Positions 10,045 through 20,718 of a DNA stretch of 64,000 nucleotides are shown in pieces. Location: the NCBI GenBank assembly GCA_051872635.1, contig JBJEEA010000004.1, positions 12,739 through 76,738 of the forward strand. The letters are read 5' to 3'. Numbering within the stretch: the stretch's first letter is position 1; every line of letters begins with the position of its first letter. This DNA is from Bacilli bacterium (GTDB taxonomy: Bacteria; Bacillota_I; Bacilli_A; RF39; UBA660). The notes beneath the pieces are model-generated. The model was not told the origin of the DNA and searched no databases. It saw nothing but the letters and a program-made list of their open reading frames with translations. Made by a program: the position numbers and the translations under genes.

Positions 10045-10269
10045 TTATCTAATCTTCTTTTTAGAATTTCCAAGGCTAGCAAATGAATAGTTATCTATGC
10101 TTCTTATTCCAAGTTCTATTTCTTTTAATTCATTGGCTTTAGCTAATTCTAGTGCTAGATTTTTAATTATTTCCATATTTTGATTAAACTCTTTTATGCT
10201 ATATTTCAATCCATCTGCTTGTCTTAAAGCACTTGTTAAATTTCTCATTATATCAGTTTCGTATGACAT
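10045..10269 (-). CDS. Small hypothetical protein
   Basis: 74-aa ORF with GAGGTG RBS and its own TTGACA-N17-TAGTAT promoter. Confidence 0.65.
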   Translation of the reverse strand: MSYETDIMRNLTSALRQADGLKYSIKEFNQNMEIIKNLALELAKANELKEIELGIRSIDNYSFASLGNSKKKIR

Positions 10270-10331
10270 TTTTTCACCTCGTAGATGTTATACTAGCATA
10301 AATAGATATTTATGTCAAATAAAGTAGTTTT

Positions 10332-10562
10332 TTAAGGTCTTCTGCTTCTTATCTTATCTCTTATACCACTACTTGGAATTCCATTCCTTTTCATCTGAAT
10401 TTCTGTTAATTCATTTGAAATTTCAAGTTCATTGGCTATTCTATTTAATGAAATACTAATTTCTTTTAATATTTCTAATCTATCATTACTATCTTCAGAT
10501 AAATTACTTTTAATTAATAATTCAATGATTTTATATAATTCTTCTTTCGTCATAATTTTCAC
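10332..10562 (-). CDS. Small hypothetical protein (start may be ATG 10553)
   Basis: 76-aa ORF; shares EL-x3-NEL-x-EI with the neighbouring ORF. Confidence 0.6.
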   Translation of the reverse strand: MKIMTKEELYKIIELLIKSNLSEDSNDRLEILKEISISLNRIANELEISNELTEIQMKRNGIPSSGIRDKIRSRRP

Positions 10563-10610
10563 TTTTCCTGATACTTATAATATAGCATAAAAAATATTAC
10601 CAAACAATAG

Positions 10611-12389
10611 TTATAAGCTTCTTTTAAACATTTTTTCTATTTCATATATTGTAAAATGAATGATAGTAGGTCTTCCATGAGGACAGTTAAATGGGTTATT
10701 ACATTTTCTTAACTTATTAATTATTTCTTCTTGTGCTTCTCTGGTAATTCTAGTATTGGCTTTAATGCTCATCTTACAGCTTATTAATTTAGCTAAATTA
10801 TCATTAAACTTGCCTAAATTAAAATCTTTGCCTTTACTTATAATTTCTTCAAATATCTTTTTTATTATTTCTTCCTCTCTTCCTTTAGGAAACCAAGTAG
10901 GATGGCTTACGACTCTAAAGGAATTAATACCAAACTCTTCAATCTGAATATTTAATGAAGAGAGAATATCTTTTTTTTCTTTAATAATAATAAACTCACT
11001 AACAGGAAGGGTAATAATAATTGGGACAAGAGAAGAAATAGTATCATTAGTGGGATGAGATAAGAGATAATAATTTTTTTCGTAATTTATTCGCTCTTCA
11101 GCGGCATGCTGATCGATTAGATAGATTCCTTTTTCATTTTCACATACTATATATGTACCTAAAGCTAGTCCAATTGGATATAATTCGGGCAGTTTTTCAG
11201 TGGGAAGCTCTTCAATATATGTATCATCTGTTATTTCTTCATTATCTAACTCATTGTTAGCTTCGTAGTTAAAGTTTACAAGATTTGTTAAACGAGCCTT
11301 ATCTTCTCTAGTATCTATATCTGAAATAATATTTCTCTCTAAATCTAATGCTATATTTTCATATTTTGGTTCTTCTATTTTAGGAATTTCAATTTTGGGT
11401 ATTAATAATTTAGTTTTAATGGTATCGATAATAGCACTACTAATAAGATTTTTTAAATCTTCAAAGTTACTAAATTTGATATCTTGTTTAGATGGATGAA
11501 TATTAACATCTATTAAAGATGGATCAGTATTTATTTTTAATACGACGATTGGATATCTTGTATCTTCTTTAAATGAAGAGTATGAATCATTAATTACCTT
11601 ATTTAAAACTTGATTTCTAACAACTCTTCCATTTACTAAAACAGTCATATGATTTCTGCTAGAGCGGTTTACTTCAGGAAGGGAGATATAACCAGATACC
11701 TCGTAGTCATCATTAGAAATATTTATCTCTAGCATTTTTTTGGCTACATCTAGACCATATATGGATTTAATTACTTTAAGTAAATTGCCACTTCCATCAG
11801 TATTTAGTATTTCTCTTTCATCATTAGTAAGTACAAATTTAATATTAGGATATGATAAAGACATTTTGTTTACATATTCAGTTACATTTGCTAGTTCTGA
11901 ATAGGGACTTGATAAGTGTTTTAATCTAGCTGGCGTATTAAAAAAGAGATTAGTAACTTTGATTTTAGTTCCTTTTCGCGCCTCACTACTTTTATTTTCT
12001 AGTACTTTTCCACCTTTAATATGAATAAATGTACCAGCTTCACCAAAACAGGTTTTTAACTCGACATCGGAAACAGCGGCAATTGAAGGAAGGGCTTCAC
12101 CACGAAAGCCTAGTGAATTTATAGTAAATAGATCATCATCAGTATATAATTTACTAGTTGCATGTCTTTGAAAGGCAAGAAGAGCATCATCTTTATCCAT
12201 ACCGATACCATCATCAGTTACTACTATTTCACGAAGTCCAGCTTCTTTTAAGTCAATTTTAATGCTTGTCGAAGAGGCATCAACGGAATTTTCTACTAAT
12301 TCTTTTACTATTGATACTACTTTTTCTACAACTTCACCAGCTGCTATTTTATTGGATAATAGCTCACTCATTACTCTTATTTTACTCAC
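10611..12389 (-). CDS. mutL: DNA mismatch repair protein MutL
   Basis: NKIAAGEVVE, KELVENSVDA, LGFRGEAL, DQHAAEER, SCK and CPHGRP. Likely GTG start at 12389. Confidence 0.98.
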   Translation of the reverse strand: MSKIRVMSELLSNKIAAGEVVEKVVSIVKELVENSVDASSTSIKIDLKEAGLREIVVTDDGIGMDKDDALLAFQRHATSKLYTDDDLFTINSLGFRGEALPSIAAVSDVELKTCFGEAGTFIHIKGGKVLENKSSEARKGTKIKVTNLFFNTPARLKHLSSPYSELANVTEYVNKMSLSYPNIKFVLTNDEREILNTDGSGNLLKVIKSIYGLDVAKKMLEINISNDDYEVSGYISLPEVNRSSRNHMTVLVNGRVVRNQVLNKVINDSYSSFKEDTRYPIVVLKINTDPSLIDVNIHPSKQDIKFSNFEDLKNLISSAIIDTIKTKLLIPKIEIPKIEEPKYENIALDLERNIISDIDTREDKARLTNLVNFNYEANNELDNEEITDDTYIEELPTEKLPELYPIGLALGTYIVCENEKGIYLIDQHAAEERINYEKNYYLLSHPTNDTISSLVPIIITLPVSEFIIIKEKKDILSSLNIQIEEFGINSFRVVSHPTWFPKGREEEIIKKIFEEIISKGKDFNLGKFNDNLAKLISCKMSIKANTRITREAQEEIINKLRKCNNPFNCPHGRPTIIHFTIYEIEKMFKRSL

Positions 12390-12390
12390 T

Positions 12391-13257
12391 TTACACCTCA
12401 ATCATTTTATATGGTTTTACTTTACCATTATCTGTCTTTTGGTAAATTGCTATTTCTTTACCATCTTTATCTACAAGAAGAGACATTTCTTCTTTAAAAA
12501 AACTATCTAATACTTGACCATTTTTTACTTTTGAAATAAGCACATCATCAATCATAGTTACTTCAATACCTTTTAGTGCATCTTTTATAGAAATTAATTT
12601 ATAATTATTGTTCTCAATATCTTCAATGGTATAAGAATCTTCAATATAAAAATTCCCCTGTCTGGTTCTAATTAGACTTTTCATAGTTCCATATGTACCT
12701 AATTTATAGGCAATATCACGTATTAGGCTTCTAATATAAGTTCCTTTGCTCACTTCACATTTTATAGTAAACTCAATAGTACTTTTATTATATATTAAGT
12801 CACTTATTAATTCAAGGGCGTATATTTCTATTTCTTTACTAGGAGGGGTTATTGTTATATTATTTCTAGCATATTCGTATAGTTTTTTACCGTTTACTTT
12901 AACAGCTGAATACATTGGTACTTGCTGATACTGTTTTCCAATAAACACTTTTAATACTTTTTTTAGTTCATTTTCCGTTACAAATGGTTTGTCTCTTTTT
13001 GTCTCTTTACCAGTAATATCTAACATATCTGTCTCATATCCTAAGATAACTTCTGCAATATATTCTTTGGTTTTAGCAGTTAATAATTCGGATACTTTTA
13101 AAGCTCTACCAATAGGAATTACTAAAACTCCAGTAGCTATGGGATCTAAAGTACCTGTGTGTCCTACTTTTTTAGTATTTATTTTTTTCGATACTATATT
13201 GACAATATCACGACTAGTATATCCTTGTGGTTTATTTACTACTAATATTCCATTCAT
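12391..13257 (-). CDS. truB: tRNA pseudouridine(55) synthase
   Basis: KVGHTGTLDP, PMYSAVKVNGKKLYEYAR and SKGTYIRSL. Confidence 0.97.
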   Translation of the reverse strand: MNGILVVNKPQGYTSRDIVNIVSKKINTKKVGHTGTLDPIATGVLVIPIGRALKVSELLTAKTKEYIAEVILGYETDMLDITGKETKRDKPFVTENELKKVLKVFIGKQYQQVPMYSAVKVNGKKLYEYARNNITITPPSKEIEIYALELISDLIYNKSTIEFTIKCEVSKGTYIRSLIRDIAYKLGTYGTMKSLIRTRQGNFYIEDSYTIEDIENNNYKLISIKDALKGIEVTMIDDVLISKVKNGQVLDSFFKEEMSLLVDKDGKEIAIYQKTDNGKVKPYKMIEV

Positions 13258-14188
13258 TTATCTCTTTCCTTGTCTCTTCTATTAATTTTTTCTTTAATGT
13301 TTGATAATCTATTTCTGTCGTTATACCAGAAGCATTTATATGACCACCACCACCAAAAATACTAGCAATTTTATTTACATCAATGTTAGTACTACGTAAT
13401 GATACTCTCGTGTTTTCGTCATATATTCTTACAAAAATGGATACTTCTACACTAGATATTTCCATTGGAATATTTACTAAAATATCACACTCTTCACGAG
13501 TAGCCCCAACACTATTTATATCATTATCTGTTATATATGAAAAAGCTATTTTATCATTTTCATATAATTCTAAATTATCTAGGGCTATTCTCTTTAATTC
13601 AAACTGACTTTTTGTAATAGTTTGAAGTACTTTTTTATAGATGTCGGAAATATTTATAATCTTACTTAACTGAGAGGCTACTAGAAAGGTATTTGAAGTG
13701 ACATCTTGATGAGCAAAGCCTCCAGTATCAGTAAGTAAGCCAGTACAAATAGCGGTAGCTACACTCTTATTTATCTTTATATTCATATTCTTAATTAAAC
13801 TATATATAATTTCGCAGCAGGCTGGAGCTTTTGCAATATAGTTTATATTACCGTATTTAGTATTGCTCATATGATGGTCGATGACAATTAATGTCTTTAC
13901 TTTTTCTAAATTAAATGAAGAGCCAATTCGATCTTTATTGGCTGTATCCACTACTATTCCTAAATCATATTTTTTATTTGTCCCTGTTTTTATATCTTCG
14001 TAGCCATTAATGAAAGAAAATCTCGGCGGTGGATTGTCAACTACCATATCGACATCTTTATTTAACTCTTTTAAAGTGTGGTATAGAGCAAGTACACTTC
14101 CGATAGCATCACCATCGGGATTTTGATGGCAAAGCAAAATGATATTATTGCTCTTTTTTATGGTGTCAATAATATCATTCATACTCAT
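13232..14188 (-). CDS. nrnA: DHH/DHHA1 family nanoRNase/pAp phosphatase
   Basis: HQNPDGDAIGS, IDHH, TDTGGF and GGGHINASG. Confidence 0.9.
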   Translation of the reverse strand: MSMNDIIDTIKKSNNIILLCHQNPDGDAIGSVLALYHTLKELNKDVDMVVDNPPPRFSFINGYEDIKTGTNKKYDLGIVVDTANKDRIGSSFNLEKVKTLIVIDHHMSNTKYGNINYIAKAPACCEIIYSLIKNMNIKINKSVATAICTGLLTDTGGFAHQDVTSNTFLVASQLSKIINISDIYKKVLQTITKSQFELKRIALDNLELYENDKIAFSYITDNDINSVGATREECDILVNIPMEISSVEVSIFVRIYDENTRVSLRSTNIDVNKIASIFGGGGHINASGITTEIDYQTLKKKLIEETRKEINEWNISSK

Positions 14189-14529
14189 CTATCCTCTCCG
14201 TTTATATTATCAATTATTTTTTCGATTTTTTTGCCATATTCAATTGACTCATCATAAATAAAAGTTAATTCAGGCATTTTTCTTATCTCAACACGGTCAA
14301 ATAACTTTCCTCTTATGAAACCACTTGCTTTATTTAAAGCTTTTGTTACTTTTTCTCTATCTTTGTCTATAAGATTGGTAAAATAAACTTTAGCATATGA
14401 TAAATCACTTGATATATCAACTGCTGTTATAGTAACAAAATTTATATCTTCATCTTTTACTTCTTCACTAATTATTTTTGATATTTCTTCAGTAAAAATA
14501 TGGCCTAATCTATCTAACTTTATACTCAT
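14185..14529 (-). CDS. rbfA: Ribosome-binding factor A
   Basis: VTITAVDISSDLSYAKVY...IRKMPELTFIYD. Confidence 0.95.
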   Translation of the reverse strand: MSIKLDRLGHIFTEEISKIISEEVKDEDINFVTITAVDISSDLSYAKVYFTNLIDKDREKVTKALNKASGFIRGKLFDRVEIRKMPELTFIYDESIEYGKKIEKIIDNINGEDR

Positions 14530-14547
14530 GGAATATCCTCCTTATTT

Positions 14548-15135
14548 TTATCTTTTATAGTGATTTTTATTTAAACTATCTAATTTATCTTGCAAGCTAA
14601 TTACAACTTCATTTCTATAAACTTGATTAGAATTTATGATGCTTAGCAAATGATCTTCAATAGCCTTTTGGTAACCTTCCATATAACTAGTATTTTTAGA
14701 TAGTATGCTAGGACTAGCTATACCGAAATAAGTATAATCATTATAACCAATTAATCTTATTTCTTCATCAGAAAGGTTTTTACTACTTATATAAGCATTT
14801 AGTTTACGATTTCCAAATTCGCCAAGTAAACCATAATTTAGGGATTTTAATGAATATAAATTTGACTCATTTGCAATAATTTCTAAAAGCTTATTACGAA
14901 GAATTTTTTCTTCTTCACTACTAGGTGATGCATGAAATAATAATCTATAATCGGAACTTATCTTTACATATTTACCATTGCCAATTTCTTCTAAACGGGC
15001 TTTTTTACTTTCTTCTTCTTGTTTGGTTTTTATATCATTATAAATTTTTGAAGTGTTAAACTCTTTAGCATAGTTTATGCCAGATGATTTATATGTTCTA
15101 CCTTCACTTCTACTTTGCTCATAATATTCACTCAT
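14548..15135 (-). CDS. Hypothetical protein (paralog of 15190-15663)
   Basis: 195-aa ORF with RBS; shares GNR...LS-x-EE-x3-IGYND...KNTSY-x2-GY. Confidence 0.7.
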   Translation of the reverse strand: MSEYYEQSRSEGRTYKSSGINYAKEFNTSKIYNDIKTKQEEESKKARLEEIGNGKYVKISSDYRLLFHASPSSEEEKILRNKLLEIIANESNLYSLKSLNYGLLGEFGNRKLNAYISSKNLSDEEIRLIGYNDYTYFGIASPSILSKNTSYMEGYQKAIEDHLLSIINSNQVYRNEVVISLQDKLDSLNKNHYKR

Positions 15136-15189
15136 TTTATTTTTTTCTCCTATATATTCGATACTAAAATTTTTTAAATATTGTAAATG

Positions 15190-15663
15190 TTATCTACTTT
15201 TCTTATTGCTTTTTTCTATTGCTGCTGATAAGTATCCCAATGCATATGAAGTGTTTTTCTTAACTTTTTCAGGCAATGATGACATTTTTATTCCCGAAAT
15301 ATGATCATTATATCCAATGGATGTTAGCTCTTCTTCTGATAACATTTCTAATTTACCTAAAATTTCTCTATTTCCATGTTCAAAAAAGCCTTCATGATAT
15401 GCTCCTTGACTTTGCTTATTTGAATATTTATTAGGATTATAAGGAACTGATAGTAATCTATCTCTTGATCCTTCTAATATTATACTACCAGTAAATTCAT
15501 TATTACCTACTTTTTGATTTCGCTCAGCCATTCTTTGAAGTGCGGCATCGGTATTGTTATTGCTCTCCCATATTATATCTTTTTGTTTTTGTATTTCATT
15601 TCTTTTCATTTTATTTATTGGTCCTCTGTTTAATTCTGGATTAGAATGATATTTTTTCAACAT
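15190..15663 (-). CDS. Hypothetical protein (paralog of 14548-15135)
   Basis: 157-aa ORF; same shared motif. Confidence 0.7.
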   Translation of the reverse strand: MLKKYHSNPELNRGPINKMKRNEIQKQKDIIWESNNNTDAALQRMAERNQKVGNNEFTGSIILEGSRDRLLSVPYNPNKYSNKQSQGAYHEGFFEHGNREILGKLEMLSEEELTSIGYNDHISGIKMSSLPEKVKKNTSYALGYLSAAIEKSNKKSR

Positions 15664-15671
15664 ATAATTAC

Positions 15672-17777
15672 CTACTTTCTTATTTCCACCATTTCATATG
15701 CTTCAATAATATCTTTTTCTTTGATATCATTAAAGTTTTCGATAGTTATTCCACATTCTAAGCCTTGCTTTACTTCTTTTACTTGATCTTTTTCTCTAGC
15801 AAGAGATGCTATTATACTATCGTTTATGATGACGCCATCTCTTATAACTCTGGCTTTAGCATTTCTTTTGATAATACCAGACGTTACATATGAACCGGCT
15901 ATGGTTCCAACTTTGGAGAATTTAAATATTTTTCTTACTTCTGCTTCTCCTAGCACTTTCTCTTCGTATTCTGGCTCTAATTTTCCTTTTAAAGCAGCTT
16001 CCATCTCTTCAACTACTTTGTAGATAATATCATATAATCTAATATCTACACCTTTATCTTTAGCTATTTCTACTATTTTATGATCAGGCCTAATATTAAA
16101 ACCAATTATGATAGCATTAGAGGCATCTGCTAATGAAATATCGCTTTCAGATATGGCACCTATACCACTTCTTATGACATTTATTTTTATTCCTTCAACA
16201 TCTAATTTAAGAAGAGAATTTTTAACAGCTTCCTCACTACCTTTGACATCAGCTTTTAAAATAATATTTATTTCTTTTTCTCCCTCTTTTACTCTACTAA
16301 ATAAGTCGTCTAAAGTGACAGCGGCTTTTGGTTTATTTTTATTCTCTTTAGCTTTTTCTCTTCTTTGATCGGCTACCCATTTAGCTTTCTTTTCACTTTC
16401 AAAAGCCATAAACTTGTCTCCAGCAGAGGGACTTTCTGATAGTCCAGTTATCGAAACGGGCATTGAAGGAAAAGCTTCAACTAGATTTTCACCTTTATCA
16501 TTTTTTAAAGTTCTTACTTTACCAGAGGTTGTTCCAACAACGATAGGATCTCCTAGTCTTAAGGTACCATTTTGTATAAGAATATTGGCTATTACACCTG
16601 AATTTTTATCTAATTTAGACTCTATTACTGTACCACTTGCATATCTGTTAGGGTTGGCTTTTAACTCACTTACTTCACTTAATAATATTATTCGCTCTAA
16701 TAAATCATCAATACCTTCTCCTGTCATGGCAGAAATATTTACAAACATAACATCTCCGCCCCACTCTTCAGGTTGAATACCATTATTAGACATTTCAGTC
16801 AAAACTCTTTCTATATTGGCATTAGGTTTATCTATTTTGTTCACTGCTACTATTATTGGAACTCCAGCAGCTTTAGCATGATCAATAGCTTCTTTAGTTT
16901 GGGGCATAACACCGTCATCTGCAGCGACAATAATGATGACAATATCTGTTATTGAAGCTCCTCTAGCACGCATTTCGGTAAAAGCGGCATGTCCTGGTGT
17001 ATCGATAAAAGTTATTTTTTTACCTTTATATTCAATTTGATAAGCACCAATAGCTTGCGTAATTCCGCCTGCTTCACCTGAAGCGACATTAGTCTTTCTA
17101 ATAGTATCTAAAAGGGTTGTTTTACCATGGTCAACATGTCCCATTATAGTTACAACAGGTGGTCTTGGTGATAAATCTTCTTCATTATCTATTATTTCTA
17201 GTCCTTCAAAATTTACTTCATCTCTAGTGCTATCTCTTTTTAATGTTTTATTATAATCAAGCGCAATTATTTCAGCAGTATCAAAGTCTAGGGAAGCGTT
17301 TATCGTTACCATCATTCCCAAAGTCATAATCTTTTTAATAATTTGAGTAGGATTTATTGCAAGAGCAGAAGCTAGCTCTGCTACAGTCATATTATCAGTA
17401 TAGAAAATAACATCAGCGCTTTCTTCAGTTATATTAGACTGAAGTTTTTCTTTATGCTTGTACATTTCTTTTCTTTTTTCTTTATAATCATTTTTACGTT
17501 CTTCATTTTTAACTGATTTTCTTTTTTTTGCAGATCTTTCTTCTTTTATATCTCCTAATTCTTCATATTCTTCTTCAAGTTCTTCTTCAGTTTCTTCAAC
17601 TTCTTCACTTTCATTTTCTTCTTCATATGAAGCGATTTCATTATCTAACATTATAATATCATCATCAGATAATAAATAACTTTCGTCATTAGCAGGTATT
17701 TCTAATTTTTTGCACAAGTTTAAAATTTCTTTAACGCTCATACCTACATCATTTGCATATTCTGATACACTCATCAT
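15672..17777 (-). CDS. infB: Translation initiation factor IF-2
   Basis: [25 protein letters not shown] and DTPGHAAF. Start at ATG 17777 after GGAGGTG. Confidence 0.99.
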   Translation of the reverse strand: MMSVSEYANDVGMSVKEILNLCKKLEIPANDESYLLSDDDIIMLDNEIASYEEENESEEVEETEEELEEEYEELGDIKEERSAKKRKSVKNEERKNDYKEKRKEMYKHKEKLQSNITEESADVIFYTDNMTVAELASALAINPTQIIKKIMTLGMMVTINASLDFDTAEIIALDYNKTLKRDSTRDEVNFEGLEIIDNEEDLSPRPPVVTIMGHVDHGKTTLLDTIRKTNVASGEAGGITQAIGAYQIEYKGKKITFIDTPGHAAFTEMRARGASITDIVIIIVAADDGVMPQTKEAIDHAKAAGVPIIVAVNKIDKPNANIERVLTEMSNNGIQPEEWGGDVMFVNISAMTGEGIDDLLERIILLSEVSELKANPNRYASGTVIESKLDKNSGVIANILIQNGTLRLGDPIVVGTTSGKVRTLKNDKGENLVEAFPSMPVSITGLSESPSAGDKFMAFESEKKAKWVADQRREKAKENKNKPKAAVTLDDLFSRVKEGEKEINIILKADVKGSEEAVKNSLLKLDVEGIKINVIRSGIGAISESDISLADASNAIIIGFNIRPDHKIVEIAKDKGVDIRLYDIIYKVVEEMEAALKGKLEPEYEEKVLGEAEVRKIFKFSKVGTIAGSYVTSGIIKRNAKARVIRDGVIINDSIIASLAREKDQVKEVKQGLECGITIENFNDIKEKDIIEAYEMVEIRK

Positions 17778-17789
17778 ATGTATCACCTC

Positions 17790-18050
17790 CTAATTATTAT
17801 TTATTATATTTTCTATTTCATTATATAATTCATCTTCAATTTTAACTTCTAAAACCTTTTCTATTACTTTTTTCTTTTTAGCTATGGCTAATACCTCAAG
17901 ATCTTTTTTTATGTATGCTCCTCTTCCATTAGCTTTACCTGTTAAATCTATAAAAACTTCACCATCTTTATTTTTTACTATTCTAAGAAGATCACTTTTA
18001 GGTAGTTGCTCTCTTGTGACAACGCATCTTCTAAGTGGTATTTTCTTCAT
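17790..18050 (-). CDS. ylxR: YlxR (RnpM) family RNA-binding protein
   Basis: PLRRCVVTRE...GKANGRGAYI; between nusA and infB. Confidence 0.93.
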   Translation of the reverse strand: MKKIPLRRCVVTREQLPKSDLLRIVKNKDGEVFIDLTGKANGRGAYIKKDLEVLAIAKKKKVIEKVLEVKIEDELYNEIENIINNN

Positions 18051-18067
18051 ATTATCACCTTATTTTT

Positions 18068-19150
18068 CTATTCAATCTCTGAAGTAGTGCTATTTTCTTC
18101 CTCATTCATAGCTGATTCACTTTTTACCTCAATCTTATAATGAGTAAGGCGTGAAGCTAATTTAACATTTTGACCTTTTCTTCCAATAGCTAAGGATAGA
18201 TTACTATCATTTACTAATGCTAATGCTTCCTTCTTTTCTTCATCTTTAATCGTCACCTTAACATCTTTGGCAGGGCTTAAAGCGTTAGCTATAAATTTGA
18301 CAGGATCTTTATCATAGAGAATAACATCTATTTTTTCACCATGTAGTTCTTTTAAAACATTAGCTATTCTTCTTCCTTTTTCACCAATAATGGCACCAAT
18401 CGGATCAACATTATTATATTCGGTATAAACGGCTATTTTGCTTCGGCTTCCAGCTTCTCTTGCTACGGAATACAGCATAACGGTACCATCTGATAATTCT
18501 GGTATTTCTATTTCTAATAATCTCTTTAAGAAACCATAATGACTACGAGAGAGCATAATAAATGGTCCTTTTGGTCCTATCTCAAGTTTTGATACGTATA
18601 CTTTTATCGATGATCCCATCTCTAACTTTTCACCTGGGATAATTTGATCTTTTGGAAGGATACCACTGCATCTTCCTAAGTCAACAAAATAGTTATGTTG
18701 GTCTTCTCTAGATAATGTTCCGACCATTAATTCGCCATCTTTGTCTTTAAATTCTTCGGAAATACTTTCTTTTTCAGCTTCTTTTATTCTTTGAACGACA
18801 ATTTGTTTAGCTGTTCCTGCTGCTACACGTCCAAAATCTTTAAGTGGAAGTTCTTTATCTATGATTGTCTCTCCTACTTCTATACCTTCTACTTCCTTTT
18901 GAGCGTCTTCTAATGATATTTCAAGGTCAGGATTATTTACCTCTTCAACAACGGTTTTATAAGAATATATTCTAATATCTCCTGTTACATCATCAACTTT
19001 AGCTTGAACGTTTGGTATCCCCTCATTTTTCTTATATGCCGCAGCCATAGCCTGTTCCATAGCTTCGACAATTATCTTTTTGTCAATTTTCTTCTCTTCG
19101 ACGATAGCATCTAATGCCTTCATGAATTCTTTCATCTGTTTTTGATTCAT
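18068..19150 (-). CDS. nusA: Transcription termination/antitermination factor NusA
   Basis: DFGRVAAGTAKQ; S1 and KH domains (AREAGSRSKIAV; LAIGRKGQNVKLA). Confidence 0.98.
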   Translation of the reverse strand: MNQKQMKEFMKALDAIVEEKKIDKKIIVEAMEQAMAAAYKKNEGIPNVQAKVDDVTGDIRIYSYKTVVEEVNNPDLEISLEDAQKEVEGIEVGETIIDKELPLKDFGRVAAGTAKQIVVQRIKEAEKESISEEFKDKDGELMVGTLSREDQHNYFVDLGRCSGILPKDQIIPGEKLEMGSSIKVYVSKLEIGPKGPFIMLSRSHYGFLKRLLEIEIPELSDGTVMLYSVAREAGSRSKIAVYTEYNNVDPIGAIIGEKGRRIANVLKELHGEKIDVILYDKDPVKFIANALSPAKDVKVTIKDEEKKEALALVNDSNLSLAIGRKGQNVKLASRLTHYKIEVKSESAMNEEENSTTSEIE

Positions 19151-19152
19151 CT

Positions 19153-19404
19153 TTATCTTCCCTTCTCCTTTGTAGATATATCTAGAATGTATGATTCTTC
19201 AATTAAATCGGCTTTATCAAGTAATGGATTTACAAGATTGGTAACTTCAACACAAGTATCAATATCAATTGTTTCTTCTCTATCGATTACGATTCTAAGA
19301 AAAAGGTTTCCTCCTTCTTTTTCTAATTTAACTGAATCAATAGTTACTCCTAGCTTTTCTACTTCCTTTTCTAATAAGTCTTTTACCTTATCTTCAGTTT
19401 TCAT
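19153..19404 (-). CDS. rimP: Ribosome maturation factor RimP, N-terminal domain only
   Basis: FLRIVIDRE..IDIDTCVEVT...LD...YILDIS; first gene before nusA; only 83 aa. Confidence 0.85.
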   Translation of the reverse strand: MKTEDKVKDLLEKEVEKLGVTIDSVKLEKEGGNLFLRIVIDREETIDIDTCVEVTNLVNPLLDKADLIEESYILDISTKEKGR

Positions 19405-19424
19405 AAGTTCCTCCTAAATATATA

Positions 19425-19497
19425 TAAAAGAGTGGATTTTTATGCCACTCTTTCTCAAGACAGTTATATTATAACACAGTTTTAGTTATTAATACAA
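19425..19497 (-). promoter_or_regulatory. Sigma-A promoter and leader hairpin of the rimP-nusA-infB operon
   Basis: TTGTAT-N18-TATAAT with TGn extension, then the AAAGAGTGG...CCACTCTTT hairpin just before the RBS. Confidence 0.6.
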
Positions 19498-19511
19498 GTG
19501 TTTTTTTTATA

Positions 19512-20681
19512 TTATTTGCTATCTATCTTCTTTTTTAGTTTGATAATCCTACTAAAAAGTAAAGTACATATTTTATTTATTCTTCTATCAGTCATTTTGG
19601 TAATTGGTTGATATTTATGTAATAAATCATCAAATTCCTCACATATTCCATCTAATTTATTTAAATCATATTTTTTTAAATCTTTAATACAATCAAGTAT
19701 ATCATCAAAATTATTAATATTGTAAAAGAATCTTCCTTCTCCGTTAATTATTACTTCTTCATCACTATAATCTATTATATTTAAAGATTCTCCAGTATCA
19801 AATATTGGTGCAGTACCAATCCAATCTAATGTTTCAACATTTCTAATAATACCAAAATTATTAAGATGTCTATCTTCATTTAACATAATATAATCTAAGA
19901 TAAACATATTTTCTAAAGAACTTCTAGCATCTTTTATTCCTTTTTTTTCAAGTAAATCAATATATGTTTCATATGCATTATCTTTATCACAATTATTATA
20001 TAGTATTTGATATGCTGAAACTAGCTCAGTATTCTTATTTATAAAACATTCACATTTTGATACTACTTTATCTTTAACTATCTCTAAGGTATATGATACA
20101 TAATTAAATCCTAGACGTTTACTAATCATTGAGGCTAATACTTCATTAAATGGTTGTAATACTTCATTTTTATATCCGCCCTTTAATAAGTATCTTTTAT
20201 TATCATCAATTATCCAGGTTTTCTTTAATCTACCATCAGTTGTATTATTTGGAGAAATTAAACTTATTGTTGTACTAGTCTCTGTATTATTAGAAAAAGT
20301 TGCATCTATAAACTCAGTATCTTTAAAATCATGTTCAAAAAAATTAATATCTTTATATTCTATTCTAGAATCATATGGCTTAATCCAATATTGATCTGAT
20401 AGTGATAATCCAAATGCCTTATCTAATAATTCAGTAGGAGCAGAAATATTTAATTTGGTAAGTAATAAATCCAAATCATCTCTCCATAAAGGAATACCTC
20501 TACCTTTAAACCAGTTAGATAGTATTACTTTTAAATTTTCTTCTTTGTTATAAATATTTTTTAAAATTACTGGAGCAAAGTCTATATCATAGATATCATA
20601 AACATCAGTAAATACTCCTAGCGAAGAATGATATTCTGCTGATAAAACTTTTGTATTTTTATTCATAAGTATACACTTCAT
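19512..20681 (-). CDS. HipA/CtkA-like kinase
   Basis: GLSLSDQYWIKP; TTDGRLKKTW (G-loop/Lys); NEDRHLNNFG (catalytic); APIFDTG. Confidence 0.85.
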   Translation of the reverse strand: MKCILMNKNTKVLSAEYHSSLGVFTDVYDIYDIDFAPVILKNIYNKEENLKVILSNWFKGRGIPLWRDDLDLLLTKLNISAPTELLDKAFGLSLSDQYWIKPYDSRIEYKDINFFEHDFKDTEFIDATFSNNTETSTTISLISPNNTTDGRLKKTWIIDDNKRYLLKGGYKNEVLQPFNEVLASMISKRLGFNYVSYTLEIVKDKVVSKCECFINKNTELVSAYQILYNNCDKDNAYETYIDLLEKKGIKDARSSLENMFILDYIMLNEDRHLNNFGIIRNVETLDWIGTAPIFDTGESLNIIDYSDEEVIINGEGRFFYNINNFDDILDCIKDLKKYDLNKLDGICEEFDDLLHKYQPITKMTDRRINKICTLLFSRIIKLKKKIDSK

Positions 20682-20718
20682 ACTATCTTCACCTCTTGAT
20701 ATTATTCTATCATACTAT

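Noticed and set aside
17560-17640. TTC/TTCTTCA low-complexity run
   Set aside because: Encodes the Glu-rich linker of IF-2.
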